Assembly (NCBI GenBank): GCA_021325275.1
Contig: JAJPHL010000033.1
Span: 63,291-127,290 of the forward strand
Source of the DNA: Terriglobia bacterium
Lineage (GTDB): Bacteria > Acidobacteriota > Terriglobia > JAJPHL01
Direction of reading: 5' to 3'
DNA length: 64,000 nucleotides
Below the pieces are notes generated by a model. It did no database searches. It was not told the origin of the DNA and saw only the letters and a program-made list of their open reading frames with translations. Position 1 is the stretch's first letter; each line of letters starts with the position of its first letter. Made by a program: the position numbers and the translations under genes. Below are positions 24,729 through 34,400 of this stretch, piece by piece.

Positions 24729-25175
24729 ATGGCGAAATTTCCCGCCCACACGTCTCCGGCTCACACTTGGCTCGTGATGATTAAAGCCATGCAGGCCCTC
24801 ACCAAGTACGCGGTGTCGAGCATCCAGGCCGCGGGACTGGGCGACTCCGAGTTCCGCATTCTCGAAGTGCTATTGCACAAAGGTCCGTTGCCGGTGAATA
24901 CGATTGGACCCATGGTCGACCTGACTCCGGGATCGATCAGCGTGGCCGTCGACCGTCTCCTCGAGCGCGGCCTCGTCAGCCGCAAGGAGTGCCGTGCGGA
25001 CCGCCGCGTGCGGACCGTGGCGCTTACGAAAAAAGGAAAGGCCGTGATCGTCCCTGTGTTTCGACGTCACGCCGCGGATATGGAGAAAGTTTTCTCCGAA
25101 CTGACCGCCTCGGAACTCCGGTCTTTGGAGGACGCTCTGAAGAAAGTGGGCAAGCGCGCTCAGACGATCAACTGA
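24729..25175 (+). CDS. MarR family transcriptional regulator
   Basis: wHTH FRILEVLLHKGPLPVNTIGPMVDLTPGSISVAVDRLLERGLVSRKECRADRRVRTVALTKKG. Divergent from DoxX. Start set at Met 114 codons into the supplied ORF. Confidence 0.85.
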   Translation: MAKFPAHTSPAHTWLVMIKAMQALTKYAVSSIQAAGLGDSEFRILEVLLHKGPLPVNTIGPMVDLTPGSISVAVDRLLERGLVSRKECRADRRVRTVALTKKGKAVIVPVFRRHAADMEKVFSELTASELRSLEDALKKVGKRAQTIN

Positions 25176-25344
25176 TCGCGCTGGTCTCGTCGTGCGACTT
25201 CACCTGCGCTCGACGGTCCGCTCGGTCAAGCTGGATTCGATTTGCAGCGCGACGAAGCTCGATCATTTATCCTTCCCTGTCCGTTTCCTCGAATCGCGAT
25301 TTCCTCAACTAACTCTTGGGTTACACTGGCATTCGCTCTCTTTC

Positions 25345-26298
25345 ATGGACGATCTCACACATTTGGCGCTGGCGGGGACGCTCGGCTACGCGCTTCGCTC
25401 GCGCGGCATGACGGTGCGCGAGATCGGCGTGCTCGCAGTGGCGGGCGTCGCGCCCGACGTCGAAGCGATCGTTGGATGGTTCGCGCCCGCCACCTACCTC
25501 ACGTACTATCACGGGCCGGCGCATTCGCTGATCGGCGCCATCGCGCTCGGCGCGATTATCGCGCTCATCGCCAAGCGATTTTGCGGCGTGCCGTCGCCGT
25601 GGCTTGCGGCGTCGTTGGGAATCGCACTGCATCTGGCGCTCGATCTGCTGTCGGGTTTCGGCGAAGAATTGCTGTGGCCGCTCTCCACGAAGCGCGTGGG
25701 CACGCACCTGGTCGCCAACTACGACCTCACGACGTTTGTGATTCTCGCGCTGTGCCTGCTGGGTCCCGCGACGTTGAACGCGGTGAATCGCGAGATCAAG
25801 GCGCGGCTCGTAAACGCCAGCCTCGCCGCGTTCGTGGGTCTCGCACTGATCGCGGCGCTGCTTCCACTGCGCGCCGTTTGGCGCGAGCATGCTTACGATC
25901 GCGCGCATCAGCAGCCGCTGGTGGAAGATCCCGAATCGACCATGGCGTTCCCCTCGGCGATCATGCCGTGGGTGTTCAACATTATTGAAGACACGCCGAT
26001 CGCCTATATGGTCTACGAAATGGACGGCATCAGCGGACAGCGGCGCACATTCGTGACGCGCTTCCGCAAGCCTGAGAAAAACAATTTGCTGGAAGCGGCG
26101 CGCGACTCCGACACCGGCAAGGTTTTTCTGGAGATGGCCGCCGCGCCGTTCTATTCTTTAGAAGACGGCCGCAAAGCGCCGCTGGTGCGCATTCGCGATC
26201 TGGCGTTTTACGCACCCGGCGGCAGCAATAAGCCGTTTTCGGTGGAGATTGAAGTGAAGAGCACGAAAAAAGTGGTTGCCCAACGAGTGAACTTTTAA
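25345..26298 (+). CDS. membrane-bound metal-dependent hydrolase (YdjM/DUF457-like) with C-terminal extension
   Basis: MDDLTHLALAGTLGYAL...YYHGPAHSL... and several TM segments fit the YdjM-type family. Start set at Met 51 codons into the supplied ORF. Confidence 0.55.
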   Translation: MDDLTHLALAGTLGYALRSRGMTVREIGVLAVAGVAPDVEAIVGWFAPATYLTYYHGPAHSLIGAIALGAIIALIAKRFCGVPSPWLAASLGIALHLALDLLSGFGEELLWPLSTKRVGTHLVANYDLTTFVILALCLLGPATLNAVNREIKARLVNASLAAFVGLALIAALLPLRAVWREHAYDRAHQQPLVEDPESTMAFPSAIMPWVFNIIEDTPIAYMVYEMDGISGQRRTFVTRFRKPEKNNLLEAARDSDTGKVFLEMAAAPFYSLEDGRKAPLVRIRDLAFYAPGGSNKPFSVEIEVKSTKKVVAQRVNF

Positions 26299-26345
26299 CA
26301 AGCGTTTGCGCCGCGGAGCGCGCGAAGCAATCTAAAGGAGAACGC

Positions 26346-26834
26346 ATGAAACCCGAGAATGCCAAAGTAGTCGCCGAGTTTTTAGCCAAGGATCTGGAAC
26401 ACGAGTATCAAACCACGTGCCGCGTGCTGGCCGCGCTGCCCGACAACCAAATGGGTTGGCAACCGCATGAACGCGGCATGAAGGCCGGCGAACTGGCTTG
26501 GCACATCGCCACGTCGGATTGCTTTTTCCTATCGTCGATCGCCAACGGCGAGTTTGCACCGCCCGCGAAAGTGGAGCAGCCCGCAACCACGGCGGAAATC
26601 GTGGCCTTTTACCAGAAGACGTATCCGGCGCTACTCGAAAAATGCAAGAATCTGTCGGGGGAACAATTGGTGAAGGAACTGAATTTCCTCGGAATCTTCG
26701 TGTTCCCGACGGTGATCTTTTTGAACTTGGCGGGAAATCACTCCATCCATCATCGCGGACAACTTTCAACGTACTTGCGCGGCATGGGCGCGAAAGTGCC
26801 GAAGATCTACGGACGCAGCGCGGACGAGCAGTAA
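26346..26834 (+). CDS. DinB family (DinB_2/DUF664 four-helix bundle) protein
   Basis: AWHIATSDCFF...HSIHHRGQLSTYLR, i.e. the characteristic His triad and HxxxHRGQ C-terminus. Confidence 0.75.
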   Translation: MKPENAKVVAEFLAKDLEHEYQTTCRVLAALPDNQMGWQPHERGMKAGELAWHIATSDCFFLSSIANGEFAPPAKVEQPATTAEIVAFYQKTYPALLEKCKNLSGEQLVKELNFLGIFVFPTVIFLNLAGNHSIHHRGQLSTYLRGMGAKVPKIYGRSADEQ

Positions 26835-27916
26835 TGCAGAGCTGCAAGGCAAAAGGCAAAAGGCAAGAGGCAAAAGGCAAAAGTGAACGCGCCTTGTCCT
26901 CAATTTTCACCTTTTGCCTATTGCCTGTGTCCTTTTGCCTTCCGTTCAACCTTCAAGCCCAGCGCATAAAGGTCGCGCTCGACGGTTCCGGCGACTACCG
27001 GACCGTCCAGGCCGCCGTGGACGCCGCGCCGGCCGCGGGCGCCGTGATCGACATTGCGCCCGGTTTGTACTACGAACGTTTGCGCATCGAGAAACCTTCG
27101 ATCACATTTAAGGGTTTGGGGAAATCTCCCGCCGACACGATTCTCAGCTATGACTTGAGTTCGGGCACGGCCGGCGGCACCACGAAATCGGCGAGCGTGA
27201 CAGTAACCGGCGACGATTTTCACGCCGAGAACTTGACGATCGAAAACACGTTCAGCCGCAATCGCCCGTTGACGCAGGAGGGCAGCCAGGCCGTCGCGAT
27301 CAAGGTGATGTCCGATCGTGCGATCTTTCGCCGCGTGCGTTTTCTCGGATACCAAGACACGCTGTACGCCGACGGCAAGGGCTGCGATTCCGATCAAGGG
27401 CCGTGCCGTCCGGCGCGCCAGTATTTTGTGGATTGCTACATCGAAGGCAACGTCGATTTCATTTTCGGCGACGCCGTTGCGTTCTTCGAGAGCTGCGAAC
27501 TGCACGGATTGGCTCACAAACAGGTGATGCTTTCAGCGCAGAGCAAACGTTACGACGGCGAGCAGAGCGGATACGTCTTCGATCATTGCCGCGTGACGGC
27601 GGAAGCCGGAGCCGATCACATTTGGCTGGGGCGTCCGTGGCGATCGCACGCCAGTGTCGTGTTCATGAACACGGAATTGCCGGCGCAGATCGAACCGGCC
27701 GGATGGTCGGAGTGGATGCACAACGAGAAGCCGTCGCTGCCCACGGTTTTCTACGCGGAGTATCACAACCGCGGTCCGGGCGCGAAGGCGGACGCGCGCG
27801 ATCCGCACGCGCGCCAGCTCACGGCAGAAGAAGCGCACAAGTTTTCGGCGGCCGTGTGGTTGGCAGGCGACGATCACTGGAATCCTGCGGGGAATCAGAA
27901 AGACAAAACGAAATGA
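26834..27916 (+). CDS. pectinesterase (CE8 pectin methylesterase), secreted
   Basis: CE8 blocks (GSQAVAI, QDTLY, DFIFG...LGRPW...). Its start overlaps the DinB gene's stop (TAATG). The N-terminus is a Lys-rich n-region plus hydrophobic h-region signal peptide. Confidence 0.8.
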   Translation: MQSCKAKGKRQEAKGKSERALSSIFTFCLLPVSFCLPFNLQAQRIKVALDGSGDYRTVQAAVDAAPAAGAVIDIAPGLYYERLRIEKPSITFKGLGKSPADTILSYDLSSGTAGGTTKSASVTVTGDDFHAENLTIENTFSRNRPLTQEGSQAVAIKVMSDRAIFRRVRFLGYQDTLYADGKGCDSDQGPCRPARQYFVDCYIEGNVDFIFGDAVAFFESCELHGLAHKQVMLSAQSKRYDGEQSGYVFDHCRVTAEAGADHIWLGRPWRSHASVVFMNTELPAQIEPAGWSEWMHNEKPSLPTVFYAEYHNRGPGAKADARDPHARQLTAEEAHKFSAAVWLAGDDHWNPAGNQKDKTK

Positions 27917-29250
27917 AATATTTACCCTTGCTGGTTTTTCTCGCGGTCTCGGCGTCGGCGCAGGACACTCGCAATGTTACCGAGCCGGTGATTCCGCCGT
28001 CATGCGCAAAGCTCGACGCACAACTCAACGTGAAGTTGAGCGAGGCCGACGAAACGAAGCTCGACTCCTCGCGCATTCAAGCGGCCATCGACGCCTGCCA
28101 GCCGGGACAAGCCGTGGAACTGCGCGGCGATGCGCAGCACAACGCGTTCCTGAGCGGACCGCTGGAGTTGCGCGCCGGTGTCACGCTGCTGATCGACGGC
28201 GGCGTCACGCTCGTGGCGTCGCGCAATCCGCGCGACTACGAAACGTCGCCGGGCGCGTGCGGCATCGTGGCGAAATCAGGGCGCGGTTGCAGGCCGCTGA
28301 TCGCCGTGAGTCGCGTGGACGGCGCGGCGGTGATGGGCGACGGCGCCATCGACGGCCGCGGCGGCGCGAAATTGCTGGGACAAAACGTCACGTGGTGGGA
28401 TCTCGCCGAGCAAGCGCGCGCGGGAGGAAGCCAACAGGTGCCGCGTTTGATCGTCACGTCGCACTCGAACAATTTCACGCTGTACCGGATCACGTTGAAG
28501 AACTCGCCGAACTTCCACGTGGTCTTCGGCCAAGGCGATGGATTCACGGCGTGGGGCGTGATCATCGATACGCCGGGGAAAGGCGCGCGCAACACCGATG
28601 GCATCGATCCCGCGAATGCCACCAACGTTACGATCACCCATTGCTTCATTCGCACCGGCGACGACAATGTCGCCATCAAAGCGGGATCCGGCGGGCCGAC
28701 GGCGCATCTGACGATTTCTCACAATCACTTTTACGCGGGACATGGCATGTCGGTGGGCAGCGAGACGAATGGCGGACTCGCGGGACTGCGGGTGAGCGAT
28801 CTTTCCATCGACGGCGCGGACAACGGTTTGCGCATCAAGTCGAACATCTCGCGCGGCGGCTTGGTGCATGACGTGGTCTATGAAGACGTGTGCATTCGCG
28901 ACACCAAAAACCCGATCTTCATGGATCCGACGTACACGGCCACGGTGGGTCCCGAGAAAAATCTGATTCCCGTTTTCACCGACATCAATCTGCGCAACGT
29001 ACGCATCGCAGGCGGCGGAAAAATCACGCTGCGCGGTTTGGACGCCGAGCATCGTCTGGGAATTCATTTCGACAATGTGTTCATCGCAGCGGGAAAGACC
29101 ACGTACGACGCGAAACACGCCGACATTGCCGTTGGTCCCGGCGCGGTGAACTTCGCGCCGGCGGGAGATGACGTGCACATCACGGGAAGCGCGGCGAAAG
29201 GCGAAGGGCAGTCGTGCGGCGCGAAGTTCGTGCCGTTTCCGAAGCGGTAA
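27913..29250 (+). CDS. glycoside hydrolase family 28 (polygalacturonase-like), secreted
   Basis: GH28 motifs NTDG(ID), GDDNVAIK, HG(MS), RIK. Signal peptide MKYLPLLVFLAVSASAQ. ATGA overlap with the pectinesterase stop. The supplied ORF is trimmed by 170 codons, since that part overlaps the CE8 gene. Confidence 0.8.
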   Translation: MKYLPLLVFLAVSASAQDTRNVTEPVIPPSCAKLDAQLNVKLSEADETKLDSSRIQAAIDACQPGQAVELRGDAQHNAFLSGPLELRAGVTLLIDGGVTLVASRNPRDYETSPGACGIVAKSGRGCRPLIAVSRVDGAAVMGDGAIDGRGGAKLLGQNVTWWDLAEQARAGGSQQVPRLIVTSHSNNFTLYRITLKNSPNFHVVFGQGDGFTAWGVIIDTPGKGARNTDGIDPANATNVTITHCFIRTGDDNVAIKAGSGGPTAHLTISHNHFYAGHGMSVGSETNGGLAGLRVSDLSIDGADNGLRIKSNISRGGLVHDVVYEDVCIRDTKNPIFMDPTYTATVGPEKNLIPVFTDINLRNVRIAGGGKITLRGLDAEHRLGIHFDNVFIAAGKTTYDAKHADIAVGPGAVNFAPAGDDVHITGSAAKGEGQSCGAKFVPFPKR

Positions 29251-29260
29251 TCTCCGCCGA

Positions 29261-31441
29261 TTACTTTCGCGGCTCTTCCTTTGCCGTTTCCATCTTGTAG
29301 GTCAACGCCGCGTGGACCCACTCGTCGAGTTCCTTGTGGACGTTTTCGGCGTCCTTGCCCATTTCTTTTTCCAGCGCTTTGCGGGGTCCCGGTTCGGCTT
29401 TGTCGCCGAGTAAGCGTTCCGATTCCAAGTACGCCGTCAGCACGAAACGCGGCGGGGCATTGATCGCTTTCAGGAATTTCGCGAAGAGAAACCAGTCGGC
29501 GCCGGCCGTGGGATCGTCTTTGTGGCGGCTGTCGAGATCGAGTCCCGCTTGGTAATTGCGGAGCGCGTCCTTCGGTCGATTCAAGCGGTAAAGCGTGTCG
29601 GCCAGATGGAAGCGTGCCACGCTTTCGAGCGTCGATTCGCCGAGTTGTTCGAAGATCACCGCGGCTTTCTCGTTGTAGAAATGCGCGCGGTCGATGCGGC
29701 CGATGTTCTCGTACGCCGTGGCCACTTTCATGCTGGTGATTCCCAGCGTGCGGCCGGGAATTTTCTTGGCCGCCGTCGTTTCCTGCAGCAGCGTCAAATA
29801 CTTTTCATAGTGCAGCACCGCTTCCTGAAATTGCCCTTGATCGAAGTTCGCTTCTCCGAGGTAAAGCTGCACTTCGGCGTTGCGGGGATCGAGGGCCGCG
29901 GCGCGCTTCCAATCTTCAATGGCCTGCGCGACGTTGTGACGCTGCGACTCGAGCAATCCGAAATTCGCCCACGATCCGGCGTCGAGCGAAACGAAATGGC
30001 GCATGCTCTCGTACGCGGCGTCGGCTTCGGCGTAGCGCTGCTGCTCGATGTAGTAGAGCGCCAGCGCGCGTTGCGCGTCGAAGCGGTTCGGGTTGATCTC
30101 GACGGCGCGCTTCAACGCGGCGATCGCCTCGTCGGGATGTTTCGCCGCCGCGCCCGCTGAAGCGATGTTCAGCCACAACGTGGAATCGTAAGGATCGATC
30201 GCTACGGCAAGATGCAACTTCGCCGGACTCTTCGTGTCGGACGCCAGAAAATATCGCGCTTGATCGAGTGCCGCCAGCGCGATCAGCGCGACGGCGGCCG
30301 CGCGGCGGAATTGTTGCGCCTGCGAAGAGGAACCGCGAAGCCACTCGACAATATTCCCGAGCGCTCCGCGAACATCGGATTCGGGCGCGCGCTCCTCACC
30401 GGGCAACAAGCCGGTTCGGCGATTCCGCACCGGCCACAACGAGCTATCGATAAAGAAATGATGCAAATTGACAAGCGCGATGAACGCCAGCGAACTGGTT
30501 ACGTAGTCCTGATGTAACAAGCGGCTGGCGATCCACGGACCGGGGAGGAAAAGCGCGATTCCGCCGACGGCCATGGCGCCAAACCATTTCCATCCGTTCC
30601 AAATTTCTTGACGATCACCGCGGTCTTGGCGCGCCAGATATGACGCCACCCATAAATACTGCGCCGAATGCAAGAGCGCGAGTAATCCGCCGGCATAACG
30701 TTGCGGTGCGATCTCCCAGCGATGCGCCGCTTCCAAGACCGGCGGCAACACGAACCACAAGAACTCGGTGACGAAGAGCGTCCAGCAAGGAAGCATCGCT
30801 TTGGCGCGAACTTCTTCCGGTACGCTTTTCGCCAAGCCGACGAGCGCGGCGAGGCCGGCGATCACGAACACGGGCGCCAGGGCGTAGCGCGCGTAAACGC
30901 CTGCGGCCGCCGGAATCCCGAGCGAAATCACATAAGGATCGGGCGAGGGATGCGCGTGCAGGCTCAAGAACACCATCGCGTAGGAAACGAAAAACGCAAA
31001 GTACAAGAGATTCCGGTCGCGCCGCCGCGTCTTGGCGCCCGATCGTCGCACGAACATCGTGGTAATCCCGTAGTTCTGCGACATGAAGTGAAAAGGACTC
31101 CAGGTGAGAAACGCGGTGTAGAGCCACGGCAAGACGCGAGGGAACACGTGAGCCGCGATCAGGGCCGCGCCCAGCAACGCCGTGATGTGGATCGTAACGA
31201 TGCGCCGTCCGTAGATCTCGCGGCGGTCGCGGTAGGCGCGTTCGATCGTCGCGGCATAGTGCGGATAATTGCAAATCAGGACGAGCGCGTAAAAGATTTG
31301 GTCGATCGATCGAATCGACGCGCTGCGAAACGGGTACGCGGCCAGCATCAACGGCGCGGTGAGCGCGCCGCATCCGGCGATTACGTCGAACCATCCGTTC
31401 TGGAGCCACGGGCGTGCGGCGGATGACGCCCCTTTGGACAT
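29261..31441 (-). CDS. polytopic membrane protein with C-terminal TPR repeat domain
   Basis: About 9 N-terminal TM helices, then TPR-like repeats (AEADAAYESMRHF..., AQAIEDWKRAAALDPRNAEV..., EAVLHYEKYL...). 726 aa. Confidence 0.7.
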   Translation of the reverse strand: MSKGASSAARPWLQNGWFDVIAGCGALTAPLMLAAYPFRSASIRSIDQIFYALVLICNYPHYAATIERAYRDRREIYGRRIVTIHITALLGAALIAAHVFPRVLPWLYTAFLTWSPFHFMSQNYGITTMFVRRSGAKTRRRDRNLLYFAFFVSYAMVFLSLHAHPSPDPYVISLGIPAAAGVYARYALAPVFVIAGLAALVGLAKSVPEEVRAKAMLPCWTLFVTEFLWFVLPPVLEAAHRWEIAPQRYAGGLLALLHSAQYLWVASYLARQDRGDRQEIWNGWKWFGAMAVGGIALFLPGPWIASRLLHQDYVTSSLAFIALVNLHHFFIDSSLWPVRNRRTGLLPGEERAPESDVRGALGNIVEWLRGSSSQAQQFRRAAAVALIALAALDQARYFLASDTKSPAKLHLAVAIDPYDSTLWLNIASAGAAAKHPDEAIAALKRAVEINPNRFDAQRALALYYIEQQRYAEADAAYESMRHFVSLDAGSWANFGLLESQRHNVAQAIEDWKRAAALDPRNAEVQLYLGEANFDQGQFQEAVLHYEKYLTLLQETTAAKKIPGRTLGITSMKVATAYENIGRIDRAHFYNEKAAVIFEQLGESTLESVARFHLADTLYRLNRPKDALRNYQAGLDLDSRHKDDPTAGADWFLFAKFLKAINAPPRFVLTAYLESERLLGDKAEPGPRKALEKEMGKDAENVHKELDEWVHAALTYKMETAKEEPRK

Positions 31442-31474
31442 GGGGTTAAGTCTACCATGTGATAATTTCGAACC

Positions 31475-32275
31475 ATGTTGCGCGGCGTGGTACTTTGGTC
31501 GCTGATTCTCGCGGGGAGTGTCGTTCCCATCGAGAAGTTACAGCCCAAAACAATCGACGCCTGGAACGACTACGTCCGCCAGACCGAAGAACGCCTGTCG
31601 CGATCGGTCAACGGCGAGAACTTCCTTTTCACCGATCAATTGCCCGCGGCGCAACGCGATGCCGCACGGAAACAAATGGACGCCGGCAAAATCTTTGTGC
31701 TGCACACCGGCGGCAAATCGCGCGCCGTCGAGAGTGGATTGATTCACGACTGGCTCGGCGCGGCATTCTTGCCCGGCGCAAAACTAGAGCCGCTGCTCAA
31801 GTGGGTGGAAGACTACGACGCGCACGCGAAGTATTTTCAGGAAGTGGAGCGATCGAAGCTCATCTCGCGCGAAGGCGACGTCTTCAAGATTTACTATCGT
31901 TTTCGCCGCAAGAAAGTGATCACCGTTTACTACAACACCGATCACACCGTCGATTACCACGTGCTCGCCAACGGGCGCGCCTACAGCCGCAGTGTGGCCA
32001 TGCGAATTGCCGAAGTGGAGCATCCCGGCGCGTCGAACGAGAATGAAATGCCGGTCGGTGACGACAGCGGATTCCTGTGGCGCTTGAACAGCTACTGGCG
32101 ATTTCAAGAAACTCCCGCCGGAGTTTACGTGGAGTGCGAATCGCTGAGTTTAAGCCGCCCGATTCCCACGGGATTCGCGTGGGCGGTGCAAGGATTTGTG
32201 GAGAGCGTACCGAAGGAGTCGCTCGAGAATACGCTGACGTCGATTCGCAAGGGATTCAGCGCGAAGCAGCCTTGA
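31475..32275 (+). CDS. hypothetical secreted protein (266 aa)
   Basis: Signal peptide MLRGVVLWSLILAGSVVP. No family recognised. Divergent from the TPR membrane protein with only a 33-bp spacer. Confidence 0.55.
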   Translation: MLRGVVLWSLILAGSVVPIEKLQPKTIDAWNDYVRQTEERLSRSVNGENFLFTDQLPAAQRDAARKQMDAGKIFVLHTGGKSRAVESGLIHDWLGAAFLPGAKLEPLLKWVEDYDAHAKYFQEVERSKLISREGDVFKIYYRFRRKKVITVYYNTDHTVDYHVLANGRAYSRSVAMRIAEVEHPGASNENEMPVGDDSGFLWRLNSYWRFQETPAGVYVECESLSLSRPIPTGFAWAVQGFVESVPKESLENTLTSIRKGFSAKQP

Positions 32276-32633
32276 TCGCAATCCAGACGCGCGGCTTTTT
32301 CCAGCGCTGGAAGAGATTGCCCACGCGCTTCATCCAATACTTTTGATCCAGCAGCCCGTCGCCGCGCGCGGCTTCTTGGCCCTCGATGATCGTCGCGGTT
32401 CCTTCGATCCATTCGCCGCGGATTTGTTTGCCGTCGAAGGAACACGCCGCCAGGCGCACGGAAGGATTGTTGCGGATGCGTTTCAGCTTGCCCGCATCGG
32501 CTTCGCTGATCACATAAACGGTGTCGCCGTCGACGGCAAACCATACGGGTGTCGCGATGGCCGTGCCGTTCTTGCGCTTGGTTTCCAGATTTACGTACTT
32601 TTCACTTTTCAACGATGAGAACGTTGCTGGCAT
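32256..32633 (-). CDS. pyridoxamine 5'-phosphate oxidase family (PPOX class / F420-type split-barrel) protein
   Basis: KYVNLETKRKNGTAIATPVWFAVDGDTVYVISEADAGKLKRIRNNPSVRLA is the split-barrel FMN-binding fold signature. Start set at Met 39 codons into the supplied ORF. Confidence 0.7.
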   Translation of the reverse strand: MPATFSSLKSEKYVNLETKRKNGTAIATPVWFAVDGDTVYVISEADAGKLKRIRNNPSVRLAACSFDGKQIRGEWIEGTATIIEGQEAARGDGLLDQKYWMKRVGNLFQRWKKPRVWIAIKAASR

Positions 32634-32648
32634 AATAGGAACTCTAAC

Positions 32649-32810
32649 ATGCTGATCGTCTACGCGCTGGTGATGGCCGCGATGTTTGTGCTTCTGTTCG
32701 GCCTGTTGTACGGCGATTGGTTCGGGTTGGCGCGCCAACGATACGGCCAACCGCCGGAGGACGCCGACGCACCGCCTCCGGAAAAGCCTGACGACTCCAC
32801 TCCTCTATGA
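32649..32810 (+). CDS. candidate 53-aa single-TM small protein translationally coupled (ATGA) to the alkaline phosphatase gene
   Basis: MLIVYALVMAAMFVLLFGLLYGDWFGLARQRYGQPPEDADAPPPEKPDDSTPL*. Its stop overlaps the ATG at 32807. Below the 60-aa cut-off of the supplied ORF track. Confidence 0.3.
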   Translation: MLIVYALVMAAMFVLLFGLLYGDWFGLARQRYGQPPEDADAPPPEKPDDSTPL

Positions 32811-34393
32811 AACGCCTTACAAAACTAGTCATCTTATTGGCCCTTTGCTCGGCTTGTTTCGCGATGGAGCCGGCGCTTTCCGCTGCGCCGCCAGCGAGAA
32901 AACCGAAGCTCGTCATCGCCATCATCGTCGATCAATTCCGCTATGACTATCTGTTGCGTTTCCGCGACGGATACAACGCGGGACTGGCGCGGCTGCTCGA
33001 TAATGGCGCGGTTTTCACCGACGCGCATTATCCGCACGCGCACTTGGTGACCGCCGTCGGACATTCCACCTATATGTCGGGCGCCCCGCCGTCGATCAGC
33101 GGAATCGTCGCGAACGAATGGTGGGATCGCGAGACGAATCAATCGGTGACCAGCGTTTCCGATCCCCAGACGAAATCGGTGGGCGGAATTCCCGGAATCG
33201 CCGGATCTTCGCCGAAAAGGCTGCTGGTGTCGACGATCGGCGACGAGTTGAAGATGGCCGATCCCGCCGCGCATGTGATCGGCATTTCCATTAAGGATCG
33301 AGCGTCGATTCTACCGAGCGGTCACATGGCCGACGCGGCGTATTGGTACGACAACGACTCTAACAACTGGGTGACGAGCGACTACTATCGCGCGCAGCTT
33401 CCGGAGTGGGCCGCCGCGGTGAACGCAAAAAAAACATATCGGCAGTTCCTGGGAAAAAGCTGGTTTCCGTTCGACGCGAAAGACGAATCAGGCCAGCCGT
33501 TTTGCACGATGGTCGCGGGCACCGAGGCTCGTTTCTGCGGCAACATCGAGGCTACGCCGTGGGGCAATGAAATGATCGAAGCATTCGCGGAAGCCGCGCT
33601 GGCCGGCGAAGACTTGGGACGCCATCGCGGTACGGATTTGCTGACGGTAAGTTTTTCCTCGAACGACTACGTCGGTCACGCGGTGGGTCCCGACGATCCC
33701 GCGGTCCGCGACATTTCGATTCGCACGGATCGCCTGATTGGCAAATTGTTGGCGGCGGCCGAGCAGCGCGCCGGACAAGAAAATGTGCTGGTGGTGCTTT
33801 CCGCCGATCACGGCGTCGCGCCATCGCCGGAAGTCAACAAGGCACGCAAAATGCCCGGCGAGCGATTGTCGGATTTCGCGCTGACCGGCGCGATCAACGA
33901 TTCCCTGATCAGAAAGTTCGGTCCCGGCAAGTGGTTGATGCCCGGACAGCCGGCGATGATTTACCTGAACCTTGAGACGATCGCGCAGAAAAAACTGGAC
34001 CGCTCGGAAGTAGAGCGTGTGGCCGCCGACGCGGCGCGCGCGCAGCCGCACATTGCGCGCGTCTACACGCGTCACGATCTCGCGGCGGGCGCCGTGCAGC
34101 AGGACGCCATTGGCCGCGCGATGATGCTCGGCTTCAATCCCGAGCGGTCCGCCGACATTTTTGTCCTGCAAGAACCGTACGCGCTTTTCGAAGCGGCCCC
34201 CGGATCGTCGCACGGCACGCCGTACGATTACGACACGCACGTACCGCTGATATTCATGGGAGCGCAGATCAAAGCGGGCACGTATTCGCAGCACGTGTGG
34301 GTGAACGACGTCGCGCCAACGCTGGCGCAAATTCTCGGCGTCGAAACGCCGTCGGGATCGATCGGGCGCGTTCTGGCCGAAATTCTGCAATAG
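32807..34393 (+). CDS. alkaline phosphatase family protein (type I phosphodiesterase/nucleotide pyrophosphatase-like), secreted
   Basis: Signal peptide. IVDQFRYDY metal-ligand block, HSTYMSGAP, VLSADHGV C-terminal block. 528 aa. Confidence 0.8.
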   Translation: MKRLTKLVILLALCSACFAMEPALSAAPPARKPKLVIAIIVDQFRYDYLLRFRDGYNAGLARLLDNGAVFTDAHYPHAHLVTAVGHSTYMSGAPPSISGIVANEWWDRETNQSVTSVSDPQTKSVGGIPGIAGSSPKRLLVSTIGDELKMADPAAHVIGISIKDRASILPSGHMADAAYWYDNDSNNWVTSDYYRAQLPEWAAAVNAKKTYRQFLGKSWFPFDAKDESGQPFCTMVAGTEARFCGNIEATPWGNEMIEAFAEAALAGEDLGRHRGTDLLTVSFSSNDYVGHAVGPDDPAVRDISIRTDRLIGKLLAAAEQRAGQENVLVVLSADHGVAPSPEVNKARKMPGERLSDFALTGAINDSLIRKFGPGKWLMPGQPAMIYLNLETIAQKKLDRSEVERVAADAARAQPHIARVYTRHDLAAGAVQQDAIGRAMMLGFNPERSADIFVLQEPYALFEAAPGSSHGTPYDYDTHVPLIFMGAQIKAGTYSQHVWVNDVAPTLAQILGVETPSGSIGRVLAEILQ

Positions 34394-34400
34394 TTGTCTG

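Noticed and set aside
25242-25988. 248-aa alternative-frame ORF and a 195-aa antisense ORF over the YdjM-like gene
   Set aside because: Arg-rich composition, and they overlap a frame with clear TM helices and the conserved hydrolase motif.
27403-27912. 5' 170 codons of the supplied GH28 ORF
   Set aside because: Overlaps the pectinesterase gene in another frame. The GH28 signal peptide and the ATGA junction at 27913 mark the real start.
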